Below are positions 26,257-37,403 of a DNA stretch of 64,000 nt, one piece after another. The notes beneath the pieces are model-generated. The model was not told the DNA's origin, ran no database searches, and was given only the letters and a program-made list of their open reading frames with translations. Source of the DNA: an uncultured Candidatus Saccharibacteria bacterium (GTDB lineage: Bacteria > Patescibacteriota > Minisyncoccia > Minisyncoccales > Staskawiczbacteraceae); contig CAZAAH010000003.1 in the NCBI GenBank assembly GCA_964483475.1, forward strand, positions 142 to 64,141, read 5' to 3'. The position numbers were made by a program, and so were the translations under genes. Numbering within the stretch: position 1 is the first letter of the stretch; each line of letters opens with the position of its first letter.

Positions 26257-26625
26257 CTAAAGAAGTTCGCTTGCCATTTGGGCAATACTGTCAAATCCTT
26301 TATCTTTTATTTCTTTTGCCACTGGACCAAACACCCTTCCTCCCTTCGGTAGTTTTCCTTCACCCAAAATAACTACTGCATTATCATCAAATCGTATATA
26401 AGAACCGTCAGACCTTTTGAATTCCTTTCTTTGCCTTACAATAACGGCTTTGACAACCTCATGCTTTTTAACCAGCTTTCTTGGTTCGGCTTTCTTTACG
26501 GCGCCAACAATAATATCGCCCAGCTGAGCATAACGCTTTCTAGTTCCTCCTGGAACATTAACACACTGGACTATTTTTGCGCCACTATTGTCAGCAACTT
26601 TTAACATTGACCTTGGTTGAATCAT
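26257..26625 (-). CDS. rplN: 50S ribosomal protein L14
   Basis: MIQPRSMLKVADNSGAK. Confidence 0.9.
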   Translation of the reverse strand: MIQPRSMLKVADNSGAKIVQCVNVPGGTRKRYAQLGDIIVGAVKKAEPRKLVKKHEVVKAVIVRQRKEFKRSDGSYIRFDDNAVVILGEGKLPKGGRVFGPVAKEIKDKGFDSIAQMASELL

Positions 26626-26629
26626 ATTT

Positions 26630-26863
26630 TTAAATTTTTTCAATTACTTTAAAATACTTGTCCTTACTCATCGGGCTTGTTTCTTCAATCACAACTTTAT
26701 CACCCACATGAAACTCTTTATTTTCGTCGTGAGCCTTGTACTTTTTGTAGACCTTGTATCTCTTTTTATATTTTGGATGGGATTTTATCCTTTCAACCTC
26801 AACCACAACTGTTTTTTGCATTTTGTCAGATACCACAATCCCCGTTAATTTCTTTTTACTCAT
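26630..26863 (-). CDS. rpsQ: 30S ribosomal protein S17
   Basis: [18 protein letters not shown]. Confidence 0.9.
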   Translation of the reverse strand: MSKKKLTGIVVSDKMQKTVVVEVERIKSHPKYKKRYKVYKKYKAHDENKEFHVGDKVVIEETSPMSKDKYFKVIEKI

Positions 26864-26933
26864 AATTTTAGAATCTAGAATTTTAAAATATAGAAAATAG
26901 AATTTGGTGTTTTATATTCTATATTTCTATTTT

Positions 26934-27122
26934 CTACTTTCTATTTTCTTGTAGAATCGTTAATATTCTGGCAATTTCTTTTTTAGTATTGCTCACCTCT
27001 TTAACATTCTTCAATCTATTTGAGGCAAACCTAAACCTAAAATCACTCAGTTTTTTCTTTAAATCCTTCACTAAATTTTCCAATTCCTTTTTATCTTTTT
27101 TACGCAATTCTGTTGTTTTCAT
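26934..27122 (-). CDS. rpmC: 50S ribosomal protein L29
   Basis: Size, position and coiled-coil composition. Confidence 0.8.
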   Translation of the reverse strand: MKTTELRKKDKKELENLVKDLKKKLSDFRFRFASNRLKNVKEVSNTKKEIARILTILQENRK

Positions 27123-27131
27123 ATTTTTAAA

Positions 27132-27548
27132 TTACATTTCTCGTTTAACAAATTTTGTCCTAATCGGCAGTTTCCTGGCGGCTCCTTCGAGGGCTTCTTT
27201 GGCAACATCTTCTTTTAAGCCATCAATTTCAAAAATAATCCTGCCAGGCCTTACGGCAAAAACATAATGGTCAACCGATCCCTTGCCTCCCCCCAATGGC
27301 ACTTCCTCTCCCTTTGAGGTTACCGGTTTGTCAGGAAAAATCCGTACCCACACCTTTCCGCCCTTTTTCATATACCTGATTATAAAACGCCTGGCCGCTT
27401 CAATTTGCCGAGCTGTTATCCATTTTGTTCCCATTGATTTTAACCCAAAGCTGCCGAAATTCAATTCCGTTGCCCTTGTTTCAATTCCTTTCGATCGTCC
27501 CTTGAACCACTTCCGGTGCTTTACTTTTTTTGGCATTAATAAACTCAT
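27132..27548 (-). CDS. rplP: 50S ribosomal protein L16
   Basis: LMPKKVKHRKWFKGR. Confidence 0.9.
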   Translation of the reverse strand: MSLLMPKKVKHRKWFKGRSKGIETRATELNFGSFGLKSMGTKWITARQIEAARRFIIRYMKKGGKVWVRIFPDKPVTSKGEEVPLGGGKGSVDHYVFAVRPGRIIFEIDGLKEDVAKEALEGAARKLPIRTKFVKREM

Positions 27549-27553
27549 ATATA

Positions 27554-28210
27554 TTATTCAAATTTTTCTCCTTTATATATCCAAACCTTTACGCCGATAA
27601 CTCCGTAGGTACAGTAGGCCTCTGTTTTGGCGTAGTCAATATCCGACCTCATGGTTTGCAGTGGCATCCTGCCTTGTTTTAACCATTCTTTCCTGGCAAT
27701 TTCAATACCATTCAATCTTCCGGCAACCTCCATTTTAACTCCCTTAATTTCTTTATTTTGCATGACCCTCTCCATTGACCTTTTTAAAATTTGCCTAAAC
27801 GGAACCCTTTTTTCAATCTGTTTTGCGGCCGATTGGGCAACCAGCATAGCCGAAGTCCAGGGATTTTTCACTTCTTTTACATCTATTTTTATTTCTCTTG
27901 CTGAAATAGACTTTTTGGTATTTTTTCTTATATTTTTTTCTATCATTTTTTTCAAAGCTTCTACGCCTTGCCCGCCTCTTCCTATAATTAATCCTGGCCT
28001 GGCCGTTTCAATAATAATATTTAACTTATTATCAGAATGTTCTATTTGAATATTAGCAATTGAAGCTTCAGAAAATTTATCTTCCAAAAAATCTTTAACC
28101 AAAAAATCTTCCTCTAAATATTGGGGCATTTTTTTTCCATAAAAACCACGGATGTTGAAATCCTCCATTCTCCTTATTCTAAATGCTTTTGGGTGAACTT
28201 TGTGGGTCAT
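27554..28210 (-). CDS. rpsC: 30S ribosomal protein S3
   Basis: KH domain plus S3-C. MTHKVHPKAFRIRRMEDF. Confidence 0.9.
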   Translation of the reverse strand: MTHKVHPKAFRIRRMEDFNIRGFYGKKMPQYLEEDFLVKDFLEDKFSEASIANIQIEHSDNKLNIIIETARPGLIIGRGGQGVEALKKMIEKNIRKNTKKSISAREIKIDVKEVKNPWTSAMLVAQSAAKQIEKRVPFRQILKRSMERVMQNKEIKGVKMEVAGRLNGIEIARKEWLKQGRMPLQTMRSDIDYAKTEAYCTYGVIGVKVWIYKGEKFE

Positions 28211-28232
28211 ACGATAATTTAAGTTTTAAGAT

Positions 28233-28676
28233 TTATGATTTAAGATTTTTTTTTGATTTTGGTTTTTTGGGTTTCATCGGTGGCTGTGGTTTTTCCTGAT
28301 CAGCTTCAAGTACGGGTTTTTTGGTTTTTGGTTTTGCGCCTGCTGTCTCATCACTCAATACTAGGGTAATATGCGACGTCCTTTTCATAATCGGATAGGC
28401 CCTACCCCGGGACATCATGTGGATTCTTTTTAACTTAGGGCCTTCGTCAACCGTAATTTTAGAAATATACAAATCAGATTCTTTCAATTTTAAATCATTC
28501 AATGCCGAAGCCACGGCGCTATTTAAAAGTTTTAAAACCGATTCAGAGGCTCTTTTAACCGTAAACTCAAGAGCAGCCCGAGCTTGGGGAATATTCTTCC
28601 CTCTTACCAAATCAACAACTTCTCTTGACTTCCTTGGCGCGATTCTTAAATTGTTTAATTCAACTTTAACTTCCAT
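28233..28676 (-). CDS. rplV: 50S ribosomal protein L22 with Lys/Pro-rich C-terminal extension
   Basis: NLRIAPRKSREVVDLVRGK. Confidence 0.9.
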   Translation of the reverse strand: MEVKVELNNLRIAPRKSREVVDLVRGKNIPQARAALEFTVKRASESVLKLLNSAVASALNDLKLKESDLYISKITVDEGPKLKRIHMMSRGRAYPIMKRTSHITLVLSDETAGAKPKTKKPVLEADQEKPQPPMKPKKPKSKKNLKS

Positions 28677-28692
28677 AATTTAGTAGCCTTAA

Positions 28693-29028
28693 TCATTTTT
28701 TATCTGTTTTTGCCGATTCCTCTATTTTGGTGGTTTCCCTTTGCTGAGCTCCTGCCTCAATCTCCCTTTGCATCTTTCCACCGTGTCTTACAAACTTAGT
28801 TGTAGGAGCGAATTCTCCCAACTTGTGGCCAACCATATCTTCTGCAACGTAAACAGGAATAAAATCCTTTCCATTGTGAACTCCAAAAGTAAATCCTACC
28901 ATTTCTGGCGAAATACTCGAAGCCCTTGCCCATGTTTTAATGACAATTTTTTCTTCCTTTCTTAATTTCAAAATCTTTTCTAGTAACCTTTGGTCCACAT
29001 AAGGGCCCTTTTTTAAACTTCTGCTCAT
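28693..29028 (-). CDS. rpsS: 30S ribosomal protein S19
   Basis: [12 protein letters not shown]...[10 protein letters not shown]. Confidence 0.9.
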   Translation of the reverse strand: MSRSLKKGPYVDQRLLEKILKLRKEEKIVIKTWARASSISPEMVGFTFGVHNGKDFIPVYVAEDMVGHKLGEFAPTTKFVRHGGKMQREIEAGAQQRETTKIEESAKTDKK

Positions 29029-29056
29029 GTTATTATTCTATTTTCTATTTACTATT

Positions 29057-29887
29057 TTATTTTTTCTTTCTCCTGCTAATAATAAACTTATTTGTCCATT
29101 TTTTTCTGTTTCTTGTTTTGACTCCCAAAGCCGGCCTTCCCCAAGGAGTTTTGGGATGTTTCAAACCAATCGGCTGCCTGCCTTCGCCTCCCCCATGGGG
29201 ATGGTCAACTGGATTCATTGCTGATCCCCTCACGTGCGGCCGCCTGCCTTTGTGCCTGGACTTTCCAGCTTTTCCAACCGTATAAAATCTATTTTCAGGA
29301 TTTGAAACAATTCCAATTGAAGCAAAGCATTCACCATTAACCTTTCTTATTTCGGTTGAGGGCATTTTCAAATTAACAAATCCATTTTCCTGGGCCAAAA
29401 CCTGAGCTGAAGAACCAGCAGACCTGACCAATTTTCCTCCCTTGCCTGGCTGTAATTCAACATTATAAATATTGGTTCCAACTGGAATATTTTTTAGCAT
29501 CATTCTGTTGCCAGTTTGCAAAGGAGCTTTCTCTGAAAAAACAATACTATCACCTACTTTCAAGCCCCCTGGGGCAATAATATATTGCTTTGACTTGTCC
29601 AAATATTCAATCAAAGCAATAAATGCTGTCCTGTTTGGATCGTATTCCAAAGCAATAACTTTTGCTGGCGCTTCAATTCTTGTTTGAGCAAATTCTATAA
29701 TCCTATACAGTTTTCTTGTGCCTCCGCCTTTGTGCCTAACCGTAATTCTGCCAGATTGCGGAGACCTACCAACATTTCTCTTAATGCTTTTCACAAGCCT
29801 TTTTTCTGGCCTTTTTTTGGTAAGTAAAGAAAAATCAATTCCTGTCATTCCTCTTCTGGCTGGCGTTGTTGGTTTGTAAACTTTCAT
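29057..29887 (-). CDS. rplB: 50S ribosomal protein L2
   Basis: HKGGGTRKLYR...GGGEGR. Confidence 0.9.
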   Translation of the reverse strand: MKVYKPTTPARRGMTGIDFSLLTKKRPEKRLVKSIKRNVGRSPQSGRITVRHKGGGTRKLYRIIEFAQTRIEAPAKVIALEYDPNRTAFIALIEYLDKSKQYIIAPGGLKVGDSIVFSEKAPLQTGNRMMLKNIPVGTNIYNVELQPGKGGKLVRSAGSSAQVLAQENGFVNLKMPSTEIRKVNGECFASIGIVSNPENRFYTVGKAGKSRHKGRRPHVRGSAMNPVDHPHGGGEGRQPIGLKHPKTPWGRPALGVKTRNRKKWTNKFIISRRKKK

Positions 29888-29890
29888 AAA

Positions 29891-30304
29891 TTAGTATAAT
29901 TCAATCTTCTGTCCTTCCTTAATGGTTACGATTGCTTTGTTATAACCTTTTTTAAAGCCTTGCGACCTTCCAATGATCCTTTTCTTTTTTGGAATTTTTA
30001 TCACATTTACCGATAAAACATCAACCCCATAAATTCCCTCAACTGATTTTTTAATTTCTGGCTTATTTGAATTACTATAAATTTTAAAAACATATTTGTT
30101 TTGTTGGGATAAATTTGTTGATTTTTCGGAAACATGCGGCTCTTTTATAATTTCATAAGAAAATGAACCTACCTTTTTTTGGCTAACTGGTTTTGGCGCA
30201 GCTAAAGGCTTTTCCGTTTTCTTTTCGGTTTTTTTAACTTCCTGCTTTTTTTCCTTTGCCTTCTCAACTTCTTTTTTTCTTTTTAAAAAATCAAATAAAG
30301 CCAT
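29891..30304 (-). CDS. rplW: 50S ribosomal protein L23 with Lys-rich N-terminal extension
   Basis: C-terminal L23 core (KYVFKIYSN...IKKSVEGIYGVDV). Confidence 0.8.
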   Translation of the reverse strand: MALFDFLKRKKEVEKAKEKKQEVKKTEKKTEKPLAAPKPVSQKKVGSFSYEIIKEPHVSEKSTNLSQQNKYVFKIYSNSNKPEIKKSVEGIYGVDVLSVNVIKIPKKKRIIGRSQGFKKGYNKAIVTIKEGQKIELY

Positions 30305-30315
30305 ATTTTTAGAAT

Positions 30316-30969
30316 TTAGGATTTAGGATTTTGTTTTTCGGACTTTCCGCCAAAGGTGGACTCTATTTCTTTTATGCCGTCCTTTGTCGTTAACAAATAT
30401 TTATAATTTAATAAATCAGTTAAATTTAAATTCCTTGTCTCTGATACTCCTGTCTTAGCAATATTTCTGGCAGCTAAAAAGATATTTTTACCGTTGCTAT
30501 TTAATATCAACCTGCTTCCATCTTTAACTGGAAGTTTTTTAATAATTTCATGCATCGATTTTGTCTTTGGTTTTTCCATTTCTAGCTTATCCAAAACAAC
30601 AATCAAGTTTCCCTTTGCCTTTTGAGAAAGAACCATAAACAAAGCTTTTTTCCTCATTTTTTTGGGAATTTCTTTCTCAAAAATCTTTTCATTTCTCGGC
30701 CCAAAGGTAATTCCTCCGCCCCGCCACAATGGCGACCTTATCGATCCGTGCCTTGCCCTGCCCGTCCCTTTTTGCCTCCATGGCTTCCTACCTCCGCCTC
30801 TCACCTCCCCTCTGTTTTTTGTGTGGGCCGAGGGTTGCCTTTTGTTTGCGGTCTGTGAAATCAAAACTTGATGCACCAAATCAGCGTTTAATGAAACTTC
30901 AAAAATATCTTTGGGAAGCGTTACCGTCCCCGTTTCCTTGCCCTCTTGATTATAGACTGCAACTTTCAT
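30316..30969 (-). CDS. rplD: 50S ribosomal protein L4
   Basis: GGGRKPWRQKGTGRARHGS. Confidence 0.9.
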   Translation of the reverse strand: MKVAVYNQEGKETGTVTLPKDIFEVSLNADLVHQVLISQTANKRQPSAHTKNRGEVRGGGRKPWRQKGTGRARHGSIRSPLWRGGGITFGPRNEKIFEKEIPKKMRKKALFMVLSQKAKGNLIVVLDKLEMEKPKTKSMHEIIKKLPVKDGSRLILNSNGKNIFLAARNIAKTGVSETRNLNLTDLLNYKYLLTTKDGIKEIESTFGGKSEKQNPKS

Positions 30970-30972
30970 AAT

Positions 30973-31563
30973 TTATCCTTTAATTTCAAGAAGTGTTCCT
31001 CTGTGACCAGGGATGGCTCCTTGAACTGCCAAAATATTATTTTCTTTATCAATTTTCACTATTTTCAAATTTTTTACCGTAATCCTATCGTACCCCATTC
31101 GGCCTGGCATTTTTCTTCCTTTTATAACGTGCTGGGGGAATCTTTGGCCAACCGATCCGATTGTCCTTGCCTCGTGTTTCATTCCGTGGCTAGCATTTCT
31201 CCCAGAAAATCCGTGCTTTTTGACTCCACCCTGAAATCCTTTTCCCTTAGAAATTCCAATGACATTTACCTTTTCTCCTTCTTTAAAAATTGAAACATTT
31301 ATTTCCTGGCCAACATCGCCTTCTTTTAAATCACGCGCTTCTTTAATATATTTAAACTCTTTTCCTTTCATGGATTTTTTTATCTTGTTCTTTTTTTCAA
31401 TTTTCAAAAATCCTATTTGAAAAGCATCATATCCTTCTTTTTCTTTGGTTTTTTTCTGCAATACAACGCAAGGGCCTGCTTCAATTAAGGTAACAGGGAC
31501 AACATCTCCTTTTTCATCAAAAACTTGGGACATTTCAATTTTTTTTCCAAGCAAGAATTTCAT
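30973..31563 (-). CDS. rplC: 50S ribosomal protein L3
   Basis: Start set at MKFLLGKKIEMSQVFDEKG. Confidence 0.9.
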   Translation of the reverse strand: MKFLLGKKIEMSQVFDEKGDVVPVTLIEAGPCVVLQKKTKEKEGYDAFQIGFLKIEKKNKIKKSMKGKEFKYIKEARDLKEGDVGQEINVSIFKEGEKVNVIGISKGKGFQGGVKKHGFSGRNASHGMKHEARTIGSVGQRFPQHVIKGRKMPGRMGYDRITVKNLKIVKIDKENNILAVQGAIPGHRGTLLEIKG

Positions 31564-31687
31564 TGTGTATTTTTTAACAAAAAATTGGGCAGTTGCCCAA
31601 TTTTTTGGTGGCAACGTTGTTATCCTACGAAACTTTAATTAATTAATTCCATAGAAAAGTTAACCGTTGTTTATTTTTTATATTCTA

Positions 31688-32086
31688 TTAAATTTTAATG
31701 GATATGTCAACCCCTGATGGCAAATTTAAATCCCTTAAGGCTTCAATAATTTCCTGATTAGGATTTAAAACGTCAATCATTCTTTTATGAACCCTCATCT
31801 CAAACTGTTCCCTTGCATTCTTATGGACAAAACTAGATCTGTTAACCGTATATTTTATGGTTTCTGTTGGCAAGGGCACCGGCCCAATAACTTCTACTCC
31901 GTAACGATTGGCAATATCAATAATCTGCCTAACCGAGTTATCAATTATTTTATGATCGTAGGCTTTCAATTTTATCCTCAGCTTCAACAATCCGCTTGAT
32001 ACAGATTCCTCCTTTGGAGCAACAGTTTTTTTCTTTCTAATTTTTGGTTCTGATTTCTTAATCATTTTTTCAGCAAAAATCATCAA
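31688..32086 (-). CDS. rpsJ: 30S ribosomal protein S10 with N-terminal extension
   Basis: [21 protein letters not shown]. About 30 extra basic residues at the N-terminus. Confidence 0.85.
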   Translation of the reverse strand: MMIFAEKMIKKSEPKIRKKKTVAPKEESVSSGLLKLRIKLKAYDHKIIDNSVRQIIDIANRYGVEVIGPVPLPTETIKYTVNRSSFVHKNAREQFEMRVHKRMIDVLNPNQEIIEALRDLNLPSGVDISIKI

Positions 32087-32090
32087 GATT

Positions 32091-33284
32091 TTACTTGATG
32101 ATTTTTGTTACGACTCCCGCTCCAACCGTTTTTCCTCCTTCTCTAATGGCAAACTTTTGCTTTTCTTCCAAGGCAACCGGAACAATTAATTTAACTTTAA
32201 AATTGACCGTATCTCCGGGCATTACCATTTCAGTTCCTTCCATTAACGTTACTTCTCCCGTAACATCTGAAGTCCTGATGTAAAGCTGGGGTTTGTAGCC
32301 AGTGAAAAATGGGGTGTGCCTTCCGCCTTCCTCCTTGCTCAAAATATAGACTTCGGCTTCAAACTCGGTGTGGGGAGTAATTGATCCTGGCTTTGCCAAC
32401 ACTTGACCCCTCTCCACATCTTCTTTTTTTAATCCCCTCAGCAAAATTCCAACATTGTCTCCGGCCCTTCCTTCGTCCAACGATTTTTGGAACATTTCCA
32501 CCGAGACCGCTACCGTTTTTTGGGTTGGCCTCAATCCAACAATTTCAACTTCGTCGTTTGAGTGGACAATACCCCGTTCAATTCTTCCGGTTGCAACGGT
32601 TCCTCTGCCTTCAATTGAAAAGACGTCTTCGACTGCCATAATAAAAGGTTTGTCCAGCTCTCTGGTTGGCTCTGGAATATAATTGTCGCAGGCGTCCAGC
32701 AATTCTACAATTGGCTTGGCCGCTGGATCATCTATAGAAGCCGCATTTAAAGCCTTTAAGGCCGATCCTCGGATAATGGGAGTTTCGTCTCCAGGAAAAC
32801 CGTATTTTTTCAAAAGTTCCCTTACCTCTGACTCAACCAAATCCAAAATTTCCGGGTCGTCAACCATATCAACTTTATTCATAAAGACCACCAGCGAAGG
32901 CAATCCAACCTGCCTGGCCAAAAGAATGTGCTCTTTGGTTTGAGGCATTGGGCCGTCGGGAGCAGAAACCAATAAAATTCCGCCATCCATTTGGGCGGCT
33001 CCGGTAATCATGTTTTTAATGTAGTCAGCGTGTCCCGGGCAGTCAATCAAAGCATAATGCCTTTTTCCTGTTTCGGTTTCCAAGTGAGTAATAGAAATCG
33101 TTACCCCTCTGGCTTTTTCCTCCGGGCTTGCATCAATTTTATCAACATCGGCTTCGGTATGCTTAAAACCCCGCAGTCCTGAAATTTTCATGATTGCGGC
33201 CGACAAGGTGGTTTTTCCATGGTCAACGTGGCCAATGGTACCAATGTTTACGTGAGGTTTTGACCTCTCAAATTTTTCTGCCAT
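32091..33284 (-). CDS. tuf: elongation factor Tu
   Basis: [22 protein letters not shown]. Confidence 0.95.
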   Translation of the reverse strand: MAEKFERSKPHVNIGTIGHVDHGKTTLSAAIMKISGLRGFKHTEADVDKIDASPEEKARGVTISITHLETETGKRHYALIDCPGHADYIKNMITGAAQMDGGILLVSAPDGPMPQTKEHILLARQVGLPSLVVFMNKVDMVDDPEILDLVESEVRELLKKYGFPGDETPIIRGSALKALNAASIDDPAAKPIVELLDACDNYIPEPTRELDKPFIMAVEDVFSIEGRGTVATGRIERGIVHSNDEVEIVGLRPTQKTVAVSVEMFQKSLDEGRAGDNVGILLRGLKKEDVERGQVLAKPGSITPHTEFEAEVYILSKEEGGRHTPFFTGYKPQLYIRTSDVTGEVTLMEGTEMVMPGDTVNFKVKLIVPVALEEKQKFAIREGGKTVGAGVVTKIIK

Positions 33285-33460
33285 TTTTTCTACTTATGAA
33301 CGAAAAAACTTATGAACGAAAAAACATTTTTGTTTTTAGGTTCTTTAGTTTTTTGGTTCTTTGGTTATCTTAAATTAACAACTTTAATGTTATTATATTC
33401 TCTACAAAAAGTCAATGATTTTCAAACAAAAAACGCACTGTACAGCGTTTTGCAAAAAAA

Positions 33461-33700
33461 TTATTCAATCTCCAACGCTTCTTCAAGTTTTTTTACTCGC
33501 GGCCTAAGATCTCCAATATTTTCCAATTTTTCTTCAACATTCTTTAACCTTTCATCAATCGCTTGGACCTGAACTTTAGTTGCTAATTTCTCTATGTCAG
33601 CTTTAGTAGCAGTTTTTTCAAACCCTTTTTGTACCATTGCAGCTAATTGATCAATGGTAATTTTTTTATCTTCCTTATGAGCTTTCATCTTTTTTATCAA
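33461..33700 (-). CDS. small coiled-coil protein (paralog of 14599..14847)
   Basis: Shared ITIDQLAAMVQKGF...KL pattern with 14599..14847. Confidence 0.5.
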   Translation of the reverse strand: MIKKMKAHKEDKKITIDQLAAMVQKGFEKTATKADIEKLATKVQVQAIDERLKNVEEKLENIGDLRPRVKKLEEALEIE

Positions 33701-33820
33701 GCATGTTTTTATTTTATCATCTAGATAATGTGTGTCAAATTTGACAAATATAATTTATAAGAGCAATATTATTTACAAGTCGCTGAAAACTTACCTTACT
33801 TTCGTTGTTAGGAGAAACGC

Positions 33821-34028
33821 CGTGTTGACATCGACACAGAAAAAAGTGATAAGGAAAAACTTATCCAGAATCGAGGGATTGCTAAAGAAACTCAGAAAAG
33901 ATCTTGCGAAAGACATTGTAGATTTGGATTATCTCCTCGATTTATATTGTGCGATGGAACTCCGATCTGTATCCCTGATGGTAATCTACCTTCTCCCGCT
34001 CCAAAAAAGCAAAGGAAAGAAGGTTTAA
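33821..34028 (+). CDS. possible small protein (about 69 aa, GTG start)
   Basis: AGGAGAAACGCC-GTG. No motif. Could be spurious. Confidence 0.25.
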
Positions 34029-34099
34029 GTTCAGCTTCTCTGGCCTTTTTGTGGATTTATTTCTGCATCAGGGCTTTTTTCTTACAGTTTTCCTAAACC

Positions 34100-36175
34100 C
34101 TATTTGCGTTTTCCCTCTACAATTTCCATTTCAACGTTCTTGGGAACTGGTTCGTAGCGGTTAAATTCCATCGTAAACGAGGCCCTACCCTCAGTGAGCG
34201 AGCGCAACCCCGTGGCATAGCCAAACATTTCTGATAATGGAACAGAGGCGTCTATCACTTTCATTCCAACCCTCTCTTTTGTTTCTTCAATTTTGCCACG
34301 ACGAGAGCTCAAATCAGAAATAACCTGGCCAAAAAAGTCCGGTGGAACAATCACCTCCGTTTTCATAATCGGTTCCAAAATCGCCACTTTGGCTCTCTTG
34401 GCGGCATCCTGCAAAGCCATTGATCCGGCAATCTTAAAAGCAAATTCAGAAGAGTCAACTTCGTGGAAACTGCCGTCATACAATGTAACTTCAACGTCAA
34501 CCAGCGGATATCCGGCCAAAATTCCCTTGTCCATGGCTTCGACAATTCCTTTTTCGGTGGGCTTGATGAATTCTTTAGGGATGACTCCGCCCTTGATTTC
34601 GTCAATAAATTCAAAGCCAGATCCCCTTTCCTTGGGTTTCACCCGAATCAAAACGTGCCCATACTGTCCTCGGCCGCCCGACTGCCTGATATACTTTCCT
34701 TCGGCCTCGGCCTCGCCCATAATGGTTTCTTTATAAGCAACCTGAGGCCGGCCGAAATTAGCATCAACCTTAAACTCCCGCTTTAATCGGTCAGCAATAA
34801 TTTCCAAATGCAATTCCCCCATGCCAGAAATAATCGTCTCGCCCGTTTCCAAATCTTCTTTGATTTTAAAAGTTGGGTCTTCCTCGGTCAGCTTCCTGAT
34901 GGACATAATCAGTTTTTCCTGGTCAGCCTTGGTTTTTGGCTCAACCCGCATGGAAATGACCGGTTCAGGGAAAGTAATTTTTTCCAAAATAATGGGCTTG
35001 TCTTTATCACACAGGGTGTGGCCGGTGCTCGTGGCTTTCAATCCAACAGTTCCACCAATTTCGCCAGCGTGCAATACATCCATTTCCTGCCGTGAGTCAG
35101 CATGCATCCTCAAAATCCTGGCAATTCTTTCCTGCTCTCCCGTGTTGGCATTCAAAACATAACTTCCCTTGTTCAAAACGCCAGAGTAAATCCTAAAGTA
35201 GGTCAGGGTGCCCACGTAGGGGTCGGCGGCAATTTTAAACACCAGGGCCGAAAACGGCTCCTCATCCGACGCCTTCCTCTCAACTTCTGATCCCGTTTTT
35301 GGGTCGGTTCCCTTGACTGGCGGCAAATCAACGGGCGAAGGCAGGTAATCAACCACCGCATCCAAAATAATCTGGGTGCCTTTGTTTTTTAGGGCCGATC
35401 CGCAAAAGACCGGCACCAATTTAAAAGCCAAAACGGCCTTTCTTAAAGTCGCCATCAGTTCTTCCTTTGAAATTTCCTTACCTTCCAAATGTTTTTCCAG
35501 CAAGACTTCATCCTCGGCCGCAATTTTATCAACCATGATTTTGTTCCACTCTTCGGCTTTTGCCTTAAACTCATCGGGGATTTCTTTTTCAACAACGGTC
35601 TCCCCTTTGTCTCCCTCAAAGTAAATTGCCTTCATTTTCATCAGGTCAATAATGGCCGAAAGATGCTCTTCTTCTCCAATGGGGATGTTCATTGCCACGG
35701 CGTTTGGGGTTAATTTATCCAAAATTGATTGAAAACTTTTTTCAAAGGAAGCGCCCATTCTGTCTAACTTATTGATAAAGCAAACTCTTGGAGTGCCGTA
35801 TTTATCGGCCTGCCTCCAGACGGTTTCCGATTGGGGCTCAACGCCGGCAACCCCGTCAAAAACCACCACCGCCCCGTCCAAAACCCTCAAGGATCGCTGG
35901 ACTTCGGCCGTAAAATCAATGTGGCCTGGGGTATCAATGAGGTTCATCTGGCAGCCTTTCCAATACATGGTCGTGGCGGCCGCCGTAATGGTAATTCCTC
36001 TTTCTCTTTCCTGCACCATCCAATCCATGACCGTATCCCCCTCGTGCACTTCACCGATTTTATGGGAAACTCCCGTGTAAAATAAAAGCCGCTCGGAGAC
36101 CGTTGTCTTCCCAGCATCAATATGAGCAATAATTCCGATGTTTCTAATTTTATCTAAAGGATATTGTCTTGGCAT
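34100..36175 (-). CDS. fusA: elongation factor G
   Basis: [17 protein letters not shown], five-domain length. Confidence 0.95.
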   Translation of the reverse strand: MPRQYPLDKIRNIGIIAHIDAGKTTVSERLLFYTGVSHKIGEVHEGDTVMDWMVQERERGITITAAATTMYWKGCQMNLIDTPGHIDFTAEVQRSLRVLDGAVVVFDGVAGVEPQSETVWRQADKYGTPRVCFINKLDRMGASFEKSFQSILDKLTPNAVAMNIPIGEEEHLSAIIDLMKMKAIYFEGDKGETVVEKEIPDEFKAKAEEWNKIMVDKIAAEDEVLLEKHLEGKEISKEELMATLRKAVLAFKLVPVFCGSALKNKGTQIILDAVVDYLPSPVDLPPVKGTDPKTGSEVERKASDEEPFSALVFKIAADPYVGTLTYFRIYSGVLNKGSYVLNANTGEQERIARILRMHADSRQEMDVLHAGEIGGTVGLKATSTGHTLCDKDKPIILEKITFPEPVISMRVEPKTKADQEKLIMSIRKLTEEDPTFKIKEDLETGETIISGMGELHLEIIADRLKREFKVDANFGRPQVAYKETIMGEAEAEGKYIRQSGGRGQYGHVLIRVKPKERGSGFEFIDEIKGGVIPKEFIKPTEKGIVEAMDKGILAGYPLVDVEVTLYDGSFHEVDSSEFAFKIAGSMALQDAAKRAKVAILEPIMKTEVIVPPDFFGQVISDLSSRRGKIEETKERVGMKVIDASVPLSEMFGYATGLRSLTEGRASFTMEFNRYEPVPKNVEMEIVEGKRK

Positions 36176-36271
36176 TTTGTATCTGGAAGCTAGTAGCTGG
36201 AAGCTGGAATCGAATTTTTGAATTCAGAATTCTATATTCTATTCAAACTTCAAGATACAGGATACGAGATT

Positions 36272-36742
36272 CTATCTTTGGCGAGCAAAGTGCGCGAATG
36301 CCTTATTTGCCTCTGCCATTCTGTGGGTGTCGTTTTTCTTTTTGATTGCCGATCCCTCGTTATTTGAGGCGACCAATAATTCTTCGCTTAACTTTTCAGC
36401 CATCGCCTTTCCCTTTTTTGATCTAGCCGCAGACAAAATCCATCTGACCGCCAAAGCAAATTTCCTTTCCTGCCTGACTTCTATGGGAACCTGGTAAGTG
36501 GCTCCCCCGATTCTCTTTGGTTTTACTTCCAAAAGTGGAGAAACATTTTCAATGGCCTTTTTAAAAACTTCCAAGGGTTCCTTTTGGGTTTTATTTTTTA
36601 TCAGATCAAAAGACGAATAAACAATTTTTTGGGCGATTGTCTTTTTTCCTCTTTCCATCACTTTGTTTATCAATTGGGCTACTTGCACATCTTGATAAAC
36701 TCCATCTGGTGAAATTTTATGTTTTTTGTATGCTCGCCTCAT
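36272..36742 (-). CDS. rpsG: 30S ribosomal protein S7
   Basis: Position upstream of fusA and S7-like sequence. Confidence 0.9.
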   Translation of the reverse strand: MRRAYKKHKISPDGVYQDVQVAQLINKVMERGKKTIAQKIVYSSFDLIKNKTQKEPLEVFKKAIENVSPLLEVKPKRIGGATYQVPIEVRQERKFALAVRWILSAARSKKGKAMAEKLSEELLVASNNEGSAIKKKNDTHRMAEANKAFAHFARQR

Positions 36743-36749
36743 GGCTTCG

Positions 36750-36835
36750 CTTAGCTACGAAATACGAATTTTGCACGAATTTACGAAAACGTTTTCGTAT
36801 ATTCGTATATTTTCGTATTTAGTAGCCTAATGAAA
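36750..36835. repeat. about 80-bp palindromic intergenic element (GCTACGAAATACGAATTTT...TTTTCGTATTTAGTAGC)
   Basis: Read directly. Family members at 53458-53503, 56160-56233, 58722-58800 and 59030-59112, with a diverged copy at 57757-57845. Confidence 0.65.
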
Positions 36836-36841
36836 TCTAAA

Positions 36842-37261
36842 TTATGAATTGCTCTTGGGGCGCTTGGTTCCGTATCTCGACCTCCCCTGTTTTCTGTTTT
36901 CAACACCGGTCGTATCCAAAATTCCCCTAACAATGTGATACCTTACTCCTGGCAAATCCTTAACCCTGCCACCCCTGATCAAAACCACCGAGTGCTCCTG
37001 TAAATTATGTCCTTCGCCCGGAATATATGCCGTAACTTCCATGCCATTTGAAAGTTTCACTCTGGCTACTTTTCTCAAAGCCGAATTTGGTTTTCTTGGA
37101 GTTTGGGTAAAAACTTTAATGCAAACCCCTCTTTTAAATGGAGAATGATAATAAGAGGGCCGATTTCTCAAGGCGTTAAAACCAAAAGCCAAGGCAACTG
37201 TTTTCTTGCGCTTTTTCGCCGTTTTCCTGTTTCTTTTAATTAATTGGTGAATGGTAGGCAA
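36842..37261 (-). CDS. rpsL: 30S ribosomal protein S12
   Basis: [13 protein letters not shown]...[11 protein letters not shown]. Confidence 0.9.
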   Translation of the reverse strand: MPTIHQLIKRNRKTAKKRKKTVALAFGFNALRNRPSYYHSPFKRGVCIKVFTQTPRKPNSALRKVARVKLSNGMEVTAYIPGEGHNLQEHSVVLIRGGRVKDLPGVRYHIVRGILDTTGVENRKQGRSRYGTKRPKSNS

Positions 37262-37403
37262 CGAAGTTGAAAGTTTATAAAGTTTGTAAAGTTATAAAGT
37301 TCGTCGGCTTGATGAACTTTATGAACTTGATAACTTTTAACTCAATGAAATAAGCGCCTTTGCGCTCACTGATAAATGTAACAAATATTCTAAGGTGTGT
37401 CAA

